Positions 12,347 through 24,733 of a stretch of DNA of 64,000 nucleotides are shown one piece after another. The DNA lies in NCBI GenBank assembly GCA_050084515.1, contig CM114271.1, positions 16,368,001 through 16,432,000 on the forward strand, read 5' to 3'. A program made the translations under genes and the position numbers. The notes beneath the pieces are model-generated. The model had not been told where the DNA came from and did not search any database. It saw only the letters and a program-made list of their open reading frames with translations. Origin of the DNA: Blasia pusilla (Eukaryota). How positions within the stretch are numbered: the stretch's first letter is position 1; the number at the start of each line of letters is the position of its first letter.

Positions 12347-15300
12347 TGAAATGTTTCAATTGTTCTGTGTCTGCTGTCTAAGATGGTCCGGAGTGTCAGA
12401 CCTTCACTGTCAGGTGTTGTGGTAAACCTGCCACTTTTTTGCCAATATATATGTGCTGGATGTGAGTGAGGATAGTCCTTCTAAAGACAGTTAGATGCAT
12501 CATCGATTCATGCACTCTAGGTTCTTGCGACTAAGTTCCCCCTACTCTTTGGGAGATTATAAGCTCTTCCTAGTATCTGGAGTTTCTGAGAAAATGGTGC
12601 CACTTGCATCATCTGCGGGCCGCCTCGATTTCTTGGCTTCATATGATGACGAATTAAGTTCCACATATTTTGTCCTGCAACTTAGTTTTTTGCCTCGTCA
12701 TGAGGTCAATTGATTGTCAGGCTCCCCCATGGCAAGTTTCCCTTTGATTTCTTCAAAGGGCCCATTTTGCGCATTTCATTTGGTAAACTGACAGCAAAAT
12801 GGAGATTCAAACTGTTCTTGTACATCATAATATGACATGGCGACCATCTTTCCACCGAACTCTGCAATTGATCAAAAGATCTCGCGTGTGTGTATGTCCC
12901 ATCGACGAAGTTCCCCTAGGAAAGCAGAGTACTATGAGTGAGATGCGCTGTCATGGAAGCCCCTACCACCATAGCTAAATAAGTGATTGCTGTAGCTAAA
13001 AGTGCTCACTTTCAAGTCCAGGTCAAACACTCATGTACTCTACCATTGGTAGGTGGTTTTCATGTGTGAAGTCCTCTCTAGGTACGTATACTACAGAAGT
13101 AGGTGGATCAACAGAGGTGGAAGGTGGGTCCTCTCTATCTGTGTTCACCCCTGTGTTTGGAAGCAGTTGGACAACAAAGCACTCTAGGAACTCAAATTCT
13201 AAATGTAGGCTCTCCTGTCTCCATGGAAGAGACAGACGATGAGGCAGTAGTGTCAAAATTGTTCGATGGGGAGACTCCTGTCTGAAACTGGATGAATCAC
13301 AAGGACCATCTCTCCATTTGGGCACTCCAGCGTGGAAGTATATGCAGACGCATGAAGGCTGCAGTCCCAGCTTCTGCAAGCGGAAGTGGATGATGAGCAC
13401 TGGCGCAAGGTGCTCATCTCTCTAGAGAGACTAGGGCCTGGACGCGGATGGATCCGAGCAGTATTCGGAGGTGGTGGTTGTTGTCTCCATGTGAGCAGTC
13501 GACTGGTAGAGAGGACGAGGGTGAAGGAAGGTGGTTGTCTGCGTGTGGCGCACTCTGGCCTGAGATTGGATGATTCAGGGTACTGTTGGAAGTAGTGGGC
13601 TCAATGTGGGCACCACGGTCTGGGAGTGGATGGATTCAGGTCCAGGTTCCAGAAGCGTACAGGCGGAGTGGTCCCATGCTCCACACCACAGAGCAGAGGG
13701 CGTCACAGGGCAGGAAAAGGAGGGAGAGTGGATTGGACGAGCAGATCCGAAGCTCAGAGCGTGCGAGGTTCGTTTCCTCATAACACTGTCGGCACTGGAA
13801 GGGATCGCCATGGCAATGCCGCAGCGGAGGCTACGAATATCTCGTTCCTCTAAGAGATCATGGAGTAGAATACTGTGGGAAATGCGAAAGGAGCTCTAAA
13901 GGAATGTGGTCCCATCGTCTGTCCCCTCGGCTATGGACATCACGCCATAAAGGCGAGGCTCTGTGGTCCCCACGCTTGGGAGCCGGCGGAATGGGGTTCA
14001 ATGGACGCGCACACATGTTGGGGAGGCCGTTTCTGTTGCAATGTGTGATCCCATAGTCATTGATATGCGCACAACAAACCCTGCAACAACTTTCTTCTTC
14101 TCGCTCTGTTCCGAGTCAGACATCTGAGCTGATCGAGGTGCTGGCTGTCTGGTCTCTTCTTCTCAACAACTTTCTCTTCTGTATCTGTTCCGAGTCAGAG
14201 ACGACTCAAACCCCAAAGGAGACATGGCTACTAGGGCACGGGCGTTTGGATCCCTAGCCTATGTCACAGGATCGGGGGAAGTTTAATTGCCACAGTCTCT
14301 CACGTGTGTTCCCAATTCGGAATCCCTAGGGCAGAACTGGAATGGAATGATGAGAGGGCCGATACGATAAAGGATTGAGACGCTTCTTGCAATTTCGGGA
14401 GCACACTCTGAAGCCTTCCAATGAGGTTGGGTTGCTCGCGCTCGAGTTACAGAGGCTGTAGACAAGATGATCATGAGTGCAGGAATGATGGATGTTTTCG
14501 TAAGCCTCTTGACAACGTGTCGAGAAGCTGATCCTCAGCACTGTCCATAATAATTGAACATCGTGAAAGTACCGAAAGATTCGCATGAGGTCTGCAATCA
14601 GACCTTGAACAGCTCACTTCCAAGGTCACTGCCAACCCCATTGATCCCTTACGGAAGCTAGAAATTCACCGAACTTGTCAAGCTGAACTTTGCTTCATGT
14701 TTTGATTACATGATCGACTTCCTCGCCTGGGATAGAGAACATTGGTACACCAAAACCTCCTCTTTGTGAACTCCACTTCCACCGTCCATGGCACGCATGA
14801 TTGAAGCCCAGGGTCCCACTAGTAGGTTTAAGAGAAACGTCTATTGCTCGACCTGAAAAGTTGAAGGAACACTTGAAAGTGAAGTGAATCCGAAGTGAAA
14901 AAACTGGAAGATGGCTCTCTCCATTGTCAGCAGACAAAACTGCGGGAGGATACACTGTGAATCGTCTATTTCACAGGCTCTCGACATTGTGCAAGTATTG
15001 CTCGCAATGATGATGTTCATGAACTCACACCCGAACTCAAACCCGAACTCAAGTTCTCGCAGAGGAGTAGAGCATTCAATGAGATCACGAGATCAAGCTC
15101 GGAGACAATACGTCCGAAAACTTTCAATTCCCTGGATGGGTGCGAGATTCTTTACGACCCCAAGAATCAGGTACCGGGATTGCATGCGAAAATTATCCAT
15201 ACCCCACAAAGACTGGCTCCGAAGACATAACCCGGTGCGATAATTCCTTCATGCAAGTAAACGAGGCGCCTCATTCGGATCCCAACAAGAGAACTTACAA

Positions 15301-15901
15301 TATGAGGTGCCTTCAAGTTGCAACTTCCACACTCCATGCTGCCGATGGATATAACCCAGGCAGAGTGAATATCAACAAGAGCGTAAATACTTTCTCGTAG
15401 AATACAAATCTGGGCTTCGTTCCAATTTCAGGTCAGAACGGAGCCACGACTGAGCAAAACCTGACCCTGCCATGTTCTGAAACTCTGACACGCAAGACCT
15501 AAATTCCCCCGTGAGTAGTAGGGCTCCGGAGAGGAATGCCTTGTTGCCTAAAATCTGAAGCAAATCACGAATTCTGAACCGCTGCACAAAGATTGACCTT
15601 AAAGAAAATTGGTATCCGTGTGCGATACGCACTTCAGAATCGGCGCTTCATGTGCTCCCAACTGAATCTGTGGACCGATAATGTACATTCCTAAACCTAC
15701 CCGGATCCCGAGAAAGAAGGCCGATTCTCATGCGGATGTCCATCGGTAGAACGAGTTTGAGGCAACTCGAGAGTCTTGTGCTGACATGCTTCCATCGAAG
15801 GATGGTGTAGATCCGAAGAAACTCTACGAGTCTAAGTACCAACACGCTAGTGGATCTGGGAGATCTCTGCAGACTTGTATGAGATAAGGCATAGTTACAA
15901 T

Positions 15902-16780
15902 TCACTTCCAATCTAGCTCCTGTAGGGTCAAAAGAACTCTATCAATCGGCGGCGTACACTTCTCATCCCTTTTCCATACTCCTAGTTGGAGCTCTACCAG
16001 CTCAAAACGCATCGGATCACTGAGGCTATCTCCCCACAGTGGCCGGCAGTCGAGGCATGCAAAAGTTAGAAGTGGAGGCTGGCGAATCGATCCTGTCGAG
16101 AGAATACCATCGCAGACCAACTCCGCTTGGAAAAGGAGGGGGAGTGCGAATTCGTCGCCCCCATCTTCTCCTTCTTCTTCTTCCCAAGGAAGAACGCCAT
16201 CCGGAACAGGAGCACTATGAAGTAAGCAAGCCATTTTGTGGTCCGTGCTGCGCACCACACTCCAATTGAGCCAGTATTTCGAACTGTGCACCGTTTGGAA
16301 GGGCTTTTCGTAGTACAGCTGACCTTGATAAAACAATGGCGTAAGGGCATGCCTAGGAAGTATTGAATCCGTCATTACCGAGGGGTCGATCTGCAGTCCC
16401 ATACTGAAGGCCTGGCCAATTAAACTCCCCGGTAATACCTCGGAGATGACAGGAACGTCATTGTAGGTTAAATCCACGAAGAAGGTGAGATGTTCCAACC
16501 GGAGCCAGGGACGAGGAGGAAGCTGCTTGGGAGGCCGACTCATCGCCAGAGCACGCCTGGAAAAGAACACCCGAAATCCTCCCATGGCCTCTATAACCTT
16601 CCGGGCATCCTTCCTCAGACACCCTGGCCATCTATCAGTGCAGAGAGTCCTCCATAAATGCTCCCCTTGACCGACCTCGCGCCACAAACGGCAGACGCAA
16701 CAGGAAACCCCGAGCTCTTTGTCAGGGAGCCGAGCAAAGACCAAATGCAGGACCTCCACGACTTCCATTCCTGCATACAT
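15902..16780 (-). CDS. Single-exon F-box protein (292 aa)
   Basis: N-terminal F-box-like motif VLHLVFARLPDKELGVSCCVCRLWREVGQGEHLWRTLC..RWP in a long intact ORF. Confidence 0.8.
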   Translation of the reverse strand: MYAGMEVVEVLHLVFARLPDKELGVSCCVCRLWREVGQGEHLWRTLCTDRWPGCLRKDARKVIEAMGGFRVFFSRRALAMSRPPKQLPPRPWLRLEHLTFFVDLTYNDVPVISEVLPGSLIGQAFSMGLQIDPSVMTDSILPRHALTPLFYQGQLYYEKPFQTVHSSKYWLNWSVVRSTDHKMACLLHSAPVPDGVLPWEEEEGEDGGDEFALPLLFQAELVCDGILSTGSIRQPPLLTFACLDCRPLWGDSLSDPMRFELVELQLGVWKRDEKCTPPIDRVLLTLQELDWK

Positions 16781-18828
16781 ATCAAGCCCCTGGCAGCAAA
16801 CTAACTGAACCGAGTCGTTTCAAATTAGATTCCACTCCCTCGCCCCGAGTGCTCAGCGATGAGACCTCCCAATTCACACCATCCGCGCGGCCGTTCCACA
16901 TCTGCCGATCGCACTGGACAGATGTTCTCGCAGATCCTTCAGTCGCAGTCGCAACGCATATAACGAGACCCTACACCCTCCCACAAGCAGACATTCCTAT
17001 CTGAGCTAATTAGGTTCGCGGCTGGCGTATTGCCCTGAGGACCCACCACACGATGATCCGCACATAATTACGAGCCCGACTCCTTCACCATGAAGAGCTG
17101 CTCCCCGGTGCTCTTTCCTGCCTGTCAAAACATCCGCTCCGCAGAAGAGCCCGAGGCTTCGGCGCTATGCCTGCGGGCAAGCAAACAGTGCGATCACTGC
17201 ACCATACCCTGATCTGAACATCGGGTCTGCGGCACTACGGATGCAACTCCCTTCAGCACGACGCCTAGCGCGGGGCATTATCTGCCTGCTGCAACAGGAA
17301 GCCAGCTGCGTCCGGCGCGATGGCCTCCGAGACCTGTGAAATGAATGGGAGGGCAGCAATAGCACCCCTATCTCTTCTCCGAGCTCCCAGGCGCGTCACG
17401 TGAAAGATTCCTTTGGCGCAAATTCATGTACAATCGTCGCTGCGATCATTGCACACGAATTCTATCACATCCTCTCCTCGGCGAAATGGACGATCCTGTG
17501 GCAGCATCAGTGCTCCTGCACTTATCTGCTCACCATCACGCACGCAATCCACACCAAAAATCGCGCCAAGAAACTTCCGCAGCGGCTAAAAATTTCCTCC
17601 TCGAATTTCCAAGACTCCACGTTCCGGCGCTGCAGGTTTCTTCTGCTCGTTGAGCTCTCGTAATGCGAGCGAGTGCAGAGATCTAGTCGGGAAATGCGCG
17701 CACACCGGTTTTTCAAGGGTCTCTCTCTGCCATCGCTGGACACCAAAAAGGAGGAGCGCTGGATCCTCTCCCTCCTCCCCCTCCTCCCCGTTCGTACGTG
17801 AGGACGGATGTTCACATTTGCCGTTACATGGACGGATAGTTTCTTCTTTCCGTGGACATTAGCATTGATGATTGTTCAGTCCGGATCCGCGAGTAATTAG
17901 TCAAAGCAGGACGTTAAGCAAATCGTCACCGTCTCCTTTTGGATCCGACCGTCCCTCATCGTAGGATTCCCTACAGCTGCTTCAATTAGCCACGTGGGAT
18001 TTCTCCAAAGTGGACTAATTCGCTCGCTGCCTTGGGCTCCATCATCGCCCTCTGTCCGTCGGATTTCACAGGATGGGATCCATCCAGACCGTCCCTGCTT
18101 ATGACGGGCTGCGGCGAGTTAAGTGTCGGGCAGATTTTTTTTTTCTTCTTATTAGCGGCCAAAATAATCTCGTTCCAATTAACGATCCTTTCGCTACACG
18201 TTTAAAAACTATTTTTACAAAAATAATAAAAATTTATTTGTTCTTGTAGGTATAATAAAATTATGATAAAATTAATAACGTGGCATTAGAAGACAGAGTC
18301 TACATCATTATTTGAGTGCTTTTTTATTTGCAAACACTTCTTTGTTTAACCCGTGGCAATCGGACATTAAGAATATGGTTTCCCCTCTACGGATAGTAAG
18401 AAAAAGTAAGTGAAGGGACTAATCATGTTGTGTGTAACATGATTAGTCCCTTCACTCCCGTCCCGTGCATGGCAATGGCTGCCCACTAGTTTGAATTATC
18501 CATCATTGACCTCCTCAACTCAACCGATTTCAATGCACTTCCTTATCACTCGTAATCCCATGCTCTTTCTTGATGGACTTCAAAACTAACTCTAAATTAT
18601 AAAACATACATATCAAGATGCAAGTAACAACGAAATGCCTCATATAAATAGGAGGAGTTTGAAAATGAAAGGACCACTATCAATTAATAATATAGATTGC
18701 GTTTCCCCATTTTTTATGAATAAAATAGAAGGCAAATGAATAATTGCATAATTATCCTTCCTTATTGGTATAAATATGTTGCCGATAAATGCACTTGATC
18801 ATATGGAGAGAAATGAAAACACCCAACA

Positions 18829-19019
18829 TCTATACTATTAACAAAGGAGTGGTTTTCAAATGGCGACATAGGAGAATTCACCATGTGTCCTTTTAATCTA
18901 AAATGTATGGCATGGGCATTCATGTAGGGGGGCATTCAAGTAACAGGACGGGGCATTTAGGGTTAGGCACCGTGAAGTGGACCATGCATCGCATTGTCCA
19001 CTCCACGAGTCCTTACTAG
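18829..19019 (+). mobile_element. Non-autonomous mini-Helitron (191 bp)
   Basis: 5' TCTATACTATTA preceded by A; 3' hairpin (18971-19007) followed by CTAG and then T (A|T target, no TSD). Confidence 0.75.
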
Positions 19020-19479
19020 TATGAAGAATGCTATGTGAACCAATTAGACAAACAACTAAGACTTCAATTGGAAAAAAGTTTTACTAGTTTTTCTAAAAAT
19101 TTCTTAGATTTAATAATTTTCTTAAGTGATTTTATTTTTTTCAATCTTGGTTGGAAGGAAAATTTAAACTATATTTTGGGAAAAGACATTGAATTAAAGC
19201 GAGTGAGTTTCTTTTTTATTATATATTTCATTTTAATTCATTCATTTTGGAAAAAAGAATTTATTGCTTCTTTTTCCAATCCCCATCTCTCAATTCAAAA
19301 AATTAACTCACTTACTTTGATTCAATTTCTTTTTCCAAAATATAGTTTAAGTTTTCGTCCCGACCAAGCTTGAAAATTTAAAAAAAATTTAAAATAAAAT
19401 CACTTAGGAAACGGGTATGGAAAATCAGTCGCAAACTTGAGTTTTTTTGGCATCTGGATCGACCGTGTGGGCTTCATCC

Positions 19480-20420
19480 GTGGGAACAGGTGCGGGCTTG
19501 AATGAAGGATGCGAGCTAAGGGCGAGCCACATGCGCGACGATGGGTGAGAGCGGGCTAAGGGTTAAGGGCGGGCCTATCGCCGACCTCAAACTTGGTGGG
19601 CTGAGGGTGGATCACGCGGGCCTTTTGCAGGCGTGATGTGGGCTGAGGGCGGGCATGGTGCCGATTGAGGGCGGGCCTGGCACAAGCTCCCGCGCGGGCT
19701 TGCGGGTTAAGGGTGGGCTAGGCGGGTTGGGGGCGGGCCAGTTGTGGGCCTAGTGCGGGCTACTGCGCGGGCTAAGGGCGGGGCTGACGTGCAACACGGG
19801 ATAGGGCCATCTAGTTGCAGGCCTAGCGAGCCAAGGGCAGGCGAGGCGTGTTGGATTCTCAACATCCACTTCTCCAAGCACCATTAATCTGATCGGCCCC
19901 CTTGTATGAGGAGAAGCCTAGATTGATGGTTCCGACTTAGACGTCGAAGGAGTCATAGTAATATGACGTAGGTGGTTTACGGAGTAGCATTACTAGATTT
20001 ATCTAACCCTATATTGCATCAGGGTGCGGGGCACCCTGATGCAATATAGTGTTAGATAATAGAAACGAAGAAAAATAGGTAAAAACCCTAGTTTTCCCAA
20101 GTAGTCAAATAGTCGGGAGCCGCAGCGGTAGCGTATTCTCGTATGTCGAGTTATCTCCCAGTTTAGGTTCCATTGAAGCTCTTCTGTGAGCGCACGGATG
20201 GACTAGGCCACTTTGTATCTCTAAGTTTTGTAAAGATTTCAGTGATTTTGTCACTTTCTGCTTTTTCACAAGGCGGGTTGGTGGCGGGTGGCTGGCATGT
20301 TGTGGGCCTAGTGCGAGTGCGGGGCTGAGGGGGGGCTTACAAACAGGACTATCGCAAGCTTGGTAGGCTGGGGGCGGGCCAGGTGCAGGATCCCCCACGG
20401 GCTTGTGGACTGAGGGTGAG
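19480..20420. repeat. GC-rich degenerate short repeats (GGGCTGAGGGCGGGC-like), probably DNA-transposon subterminal repeats
   Basis: Many variants of gggct(a/g)agggcggg at 19480-19850 and 20280-20420. Confidence 0.55.
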
Positions 20421-20838
20421 TGTCGCGACCCTCATGACCAAACGAGTGCCAAAGCGGAACATCGGAACATTACCGGGCTCACGCTAAGATGGTTCGCGCG
20501 TTGGAGTGGTCTCGAAGAAGAGACAAGATAAGGGACGCAAGCAAGGCTTCGCGTTTCAGATGTTGTGGTCGCGAGGGAGAAACCTGGACCAAACGCGGAA
20601 CAAGACTTGAAAGGAGTTGAGTCTAGAAAGTGGGTTGCCAAAGGAAGAATCCGGATTTGGGACGACACTAGCGTTTGAGAGTTTGCGACTGTATTTATGG
20701 CCATAACTTTTAGCGCCAAGATGCGTTGGAAGACTTATGGAAAGACGGTTCAAACGCACTAAATATCTCTGCAAACCCATGAGCATCGGCTGAGAAACAA
20801 TCCGGAAACGATTGTAAGTAGAGTCGGGTTGAGGGCCA
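20421..20838 (+). repeat. 5' part of an LTR of the solo-LTR family at 58107
   Basis: Starts TGTCGCGACCCTCAT and is collinear with 58107-58558. Confidence 0.8.
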
Positions 20839-21259
20839 CAATGAAGGGCCCTCCTTTTCCAAAAGGGGGGGGGTAGGGTGTTATTGGAGAACCCCAGAAG
20901 TACTTCCATCCTCTCCTATTTAAACTTGCTCATTTTAGTATACCCTCTCAATCTCATTCCTCCCTTTCTCTCTACTCTTTTGTGGAAGTTTTTTTCTCCA
21001 TAGATAGCTGAACTTGATATGTGAGAATATGTTTTGGCATTGGATAACCCTGATAATTGAAGGTATCTCGATTATCTAGGTTAGCATGTTAATCTTTTTT
21101 GTTCATAGTGAGTGGTTCAAGTTTGTTATTGGAGCATTCACAAACAATATTTGGTATCATTTGCTTACATTTTACCAGTCGATATATCCTACTATTGACA
21201 TTGTAAAATTTTTGCAAATTATCCAAATATTGTTGGGTGGGGTTAGTGTCTGCCTTTAG

Positions 21260-21800
21260 TCATGACCAAAGCCAGATAACATTGGGAAGTACATATGGAA
21301 GGTACAACATCAAGCAAATAGCAGTATAAGTATTTTTCCTTTTCTATGAAATCTTATCATAGCACGAGGATGGTAGATCATTTTACACAAGTGAGATGAA
21401 AGAAAAAGGATGGGAGTCATGATACCCATCATGCCAAATTATGTGTGAAGGTCCCTCCTAGTGTGCAACGGGATCTCCAAAATAGGATACTTGTGGAAAT
21501 GGACAAAGAAGGGAAGGAAGAACCTTGAGTGAAGTGGAGGAGATGAGGCTTTTACAAATAGGTTCATAACAGACAAGAAATTATGTTTATGTTGTGTCAA
21601 ATGTTGATGGGGGTGCGAACATGCTGCCGTGTGACAATCTCGAGGAATGCAGAGGAGTTGTTGGGCCGATTCGAGGGACTAGTAGTACTAGGAAGAAGTA
21701 AGTCGATCTGAGGGATTCTTTCAACATCCAAGCAAAAGAAGTTGCAAATGACATGTGGGCGAAGCGTTTCTACCAATGTGGAATACCATTCAACGTTCCA
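21260..21800 (+). pseudogene. hAT-like transposase remnant
   Basis: Translates in part as FNIQAKEVANDMWAKRFYQCGIPFNV, resembling the plant hAT/DUF659 FFY..GIPFN motif. Heavily decayed. Confidence 0.55.
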
Positions 21801-22588
21801 TTTTATAATTTTCTCAATTATAAGATGTGAGAAAATTATAAGATCTAAGAAATTTTAGAAAAATTAGTAAAACCTTTTTCCCCATGGAATTCTTAGTTTA
21901 GCATAGAATAAAATTAAAACCAAAATTCAAGAGTCTTCAAGGGCTTCATAGAAGATGCTTATTTAAGGCCTTTCAATGTGAGCTAATGCAAATAAGGGTA
22001 TGAGTATGGATAAATAAGCATGAAACACAACTTGTAAAAATTTCATTTTTCATAAGGATATAAAAGTTATGTTTTATTTAAAAATCATGATAAATAGCAA
22101 CAAGCTTTATCTTGCACAAGGCAAGAGTGTGCTTTTTTACATATTCCATTCCTTGTATAAATATTTTTTTCGTCATCATGCATATCGCTTTCAATCACAA
22201 TACACATAAACTCTTAGGGACCATCTTAAATAAAGTCACATTTCATGATTCTTGAGAAAATATTGATGTCGACGAGTTTATATAAATCTTTTTTTAAGGT
22301 TTAACTTTGAGAAATTGAGATGTATTGATAGTCATAGAAAAAACAAGTCGTGTATGGAACTAATATATCCACAAAAGAACAGATAAGTCTGAGTTGAATC
22401 CAATCAATGAAATAAATGGAATAAAAATATTGATATTTCTCTATGTAATGATTTCCACATCGAAGATATGTTATTTAAACCCATGAACTACATGTCATGT
22501 CTTATTCACTTGTTGTATTGATCTATTCATATTTCTTAGAATTATGATTGATGCACCAATCTTGAGAGAAAATTTATGTAGAGATAAT

Positions 22589-23068
22589 TGTCACATCTGA
22601 GTCGCCGATAGGCCGAGATCTATCGTGGATAGGGCGTAGGAGCCAACAGACTATCTTGAGTGTAACTTTGTCCCACGGTGTCGGTTGAGGTTGAGGATAG
22701 GTCCATTATATCAAGAACGTCGTTCTTGACAACTTTCATGTTGAGGTCTTTTACAGCCGGGTGACTTGTTGACCAGGTCATCCGCCCCTGGTAACATGTG
22801 CGCGCAGGTTACCAAGGGAAGGGCTATTTTTAGGGGAAGAGCCTTTTGGCTCTTCCCAACCCTATATAAGAGAGGAAGATGGCTTTCCTAAGCCATCTTT
22901 CTCATATTGGGCCGTTGGAGCACCTCCCTTGTATGTGTGTGAGCTAGGACTAGGGTGCTAGCGTCCGGATTCCTTGATAGCACAGGGTGGACGAGACTTG
23001 ATATGCCGATGTAGATTGAGGAGTGGAATTTTAGGCTGGGTGTGCCGTTTTTACTACTCTTTATTTTT
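22589..23068 (+). repeat. Repeat A1 (contains TATA box and predicted R-U5)
   Basis: Direct repeat of 32011-32489. Confidence 0.92.
22863..22907 (+). promoter_or_regulatory. TATA box and predicted transcription start (~22894) of the retrotransposon
   Basis: TATATAA at 22863, 31 nt upstream of CATCTTTCTCAT. The arrangement is conserved in all A copies. Confidence 0.6.
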
Positions 23069-23082
23069 ACATGAGAAAGATG
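23069..23082 (+). promoter_or_regulatory. Putative self-priming primer-binding site ACATGAGAAAGATG
   Basis: Immediately follows A1. Reverse complement of CATCTTTCTCATGT inside A. Lacks the TGG start of a tRNA PBS. Confidence 0.7.
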
Positions 23083-24733
23083 TCGGGGGGATGGTGGGAA
23101 GTCGTTGTGAGCAGGTAGGCAAGCGAGTTACCTCGGTTGGGGAGCCCATGGAGACGTGTGTGACATTTTGTGTCATTTTTCTGTTCGGAAGGCCGTGGGC
23201 GGAAGCGCTGTCCATTTTTCTCAGATTTTGCTGCTGTGGGTCATGGAGGACATCAGCGGAGTGTCTCACAACGGGTGTTCATGGGCGAGTGTGTCAAGAG
23301 AGAGAGAAGAGTAGCTTTGAGAGCTACAACCGCCAAGAGGATCGTAGATCATAGCCGCCTAGGTCAGAGTTAGGTCACGGTTTTTGTGGCGGCAGTCGTT
23401 TAGGTCTAAACGGACACGAGGGGCGGGCGGAAGCGAAACGGGGAGAGAGACTCGCCCACGTCCGAGGCAGGGAGTCAAAATTGGGTGTGGGGGTGTGAAG
23501 GCTCCTGGGGGATCGGGTGGGGCTGCATAGGGCCGCGGGCCCGTGGAGAGTACTTGTAGAGGCCGGAAGGGTCCAAGATAATTGGAGGAACCCGAAACTC
23601 CAGGAACCCGGAAGGTGCATAAGGCACCGTGCCGTACACAGAGGGTTGGAGGAAGAAGGAGGTAAGTTCGCAGGACTGGGTCAAGGCCGCAGCTAGGAAA
23701 GGGAGCAAGGGCTGACCACATAGGGCGGCGTGCCCGGAGCTCTAAGGACACAAGAAGCTCCATAGGGAGCCGCACAGGTGTAGTTAAGAGGTAGAAGGGC
23801 CGTAAGGAGGCTCAGGGCATGGGCGGGCTCAAGTGTAGGGAGCCACGCATTGGATTGGGCACTTTGCACCGCGCATGGCCCAAGGAGCCATGCGCGGTGC
23901 ATAGGGACTGCGTCGGCAGGAGTGGCCACATAAGCCCACGTGCCTTACGCGGTTTAGAGTTGAACGCAACGTCGGGTTAGGGATACGGGGTTGGGGGCTT
24001 TTGAGGAATGTGGGAAAATAGATGTTGTGGTAAGCTGGAGTAGACATGGTTGGACGGACGTGGTAGGCATGCTACCTAGTTGAGCGTCCGTTCTGGGCTA
24101 AGTTTGACTACGAGTGAGATGAGGTATTCGCACCGACCATTCTCGATGGAGAGTTGACGATGGAGTGTCAATGCGCTGATGTCGATGTATGGGTTGTCTG
24201 CATCTGTTGACGCGAGGATCGACGTGTTGGTCGAGGGGAGTGTTGTGTTGCGGAGATTGTCATCTCATGTGGAGGAGTGCATGTTGACGGTGCAGCAGGT
24301 TGGAGGGCGTGATCAGGTTACCCATTCGAGTCCCTTTTCCCGCACTTGTCGTGTGTGATTGAGAGTGTTGGATATCGGGTAGTAGCTGGTGCTAGATGGG
24401 TGTAGTGATGGTGATGAGTGTAGATTCTTTCATGTGTAGCATGTTGGTGGATATACGGCGGTTGCCGAGTAGGGGTCGCGTGTATGACCCGAGAGAGTGT
24501 CGCTAGGTTAGGTGAGTCAGTAGGGAGGCTCATGGTGAGCCCGAGTGTTGAGCGTGCGTGAGGCCGGGTATGTCATCACGGGATTGATGTTAGCATAGGT
24601 GAGCTAGTGAGGCGTGTGGGAGACTCTCGGTGAGTCTGAGTGCTTGAGCGGGTGAGACAGGTTTTGTCATCACGGCAAAACCTCGTTCTTCCAGGGTTCG
24701 GAAGAACGAGGTAGTGCGAGCAGTGGTAGTGGT

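Noticed and set aside
13000-15900. Additional protein-coding gene downstream of the F-box gene
   Set aside because: GC-rich with several short ORFs, but I could not support any recognisable domain or consistent exon chain.
20421-20838. One LTR split by a 31-kb insertion (left part here, right part starting at 51989)
   Set aside because: The breakpoints overlap at TCGGGTTGAGGGCCA, but the intervening DNA has host genes and no element boundaries. Independent truncations are more likely.
22584-22589. 5-bp TSD (ATAAT or TAATT) for copy 2
   Set aside because: ATAATT overlaps both ends. Only the 4-bp TAAT reading keeps both the TG and CA termini. Other copies are needed to settle this.
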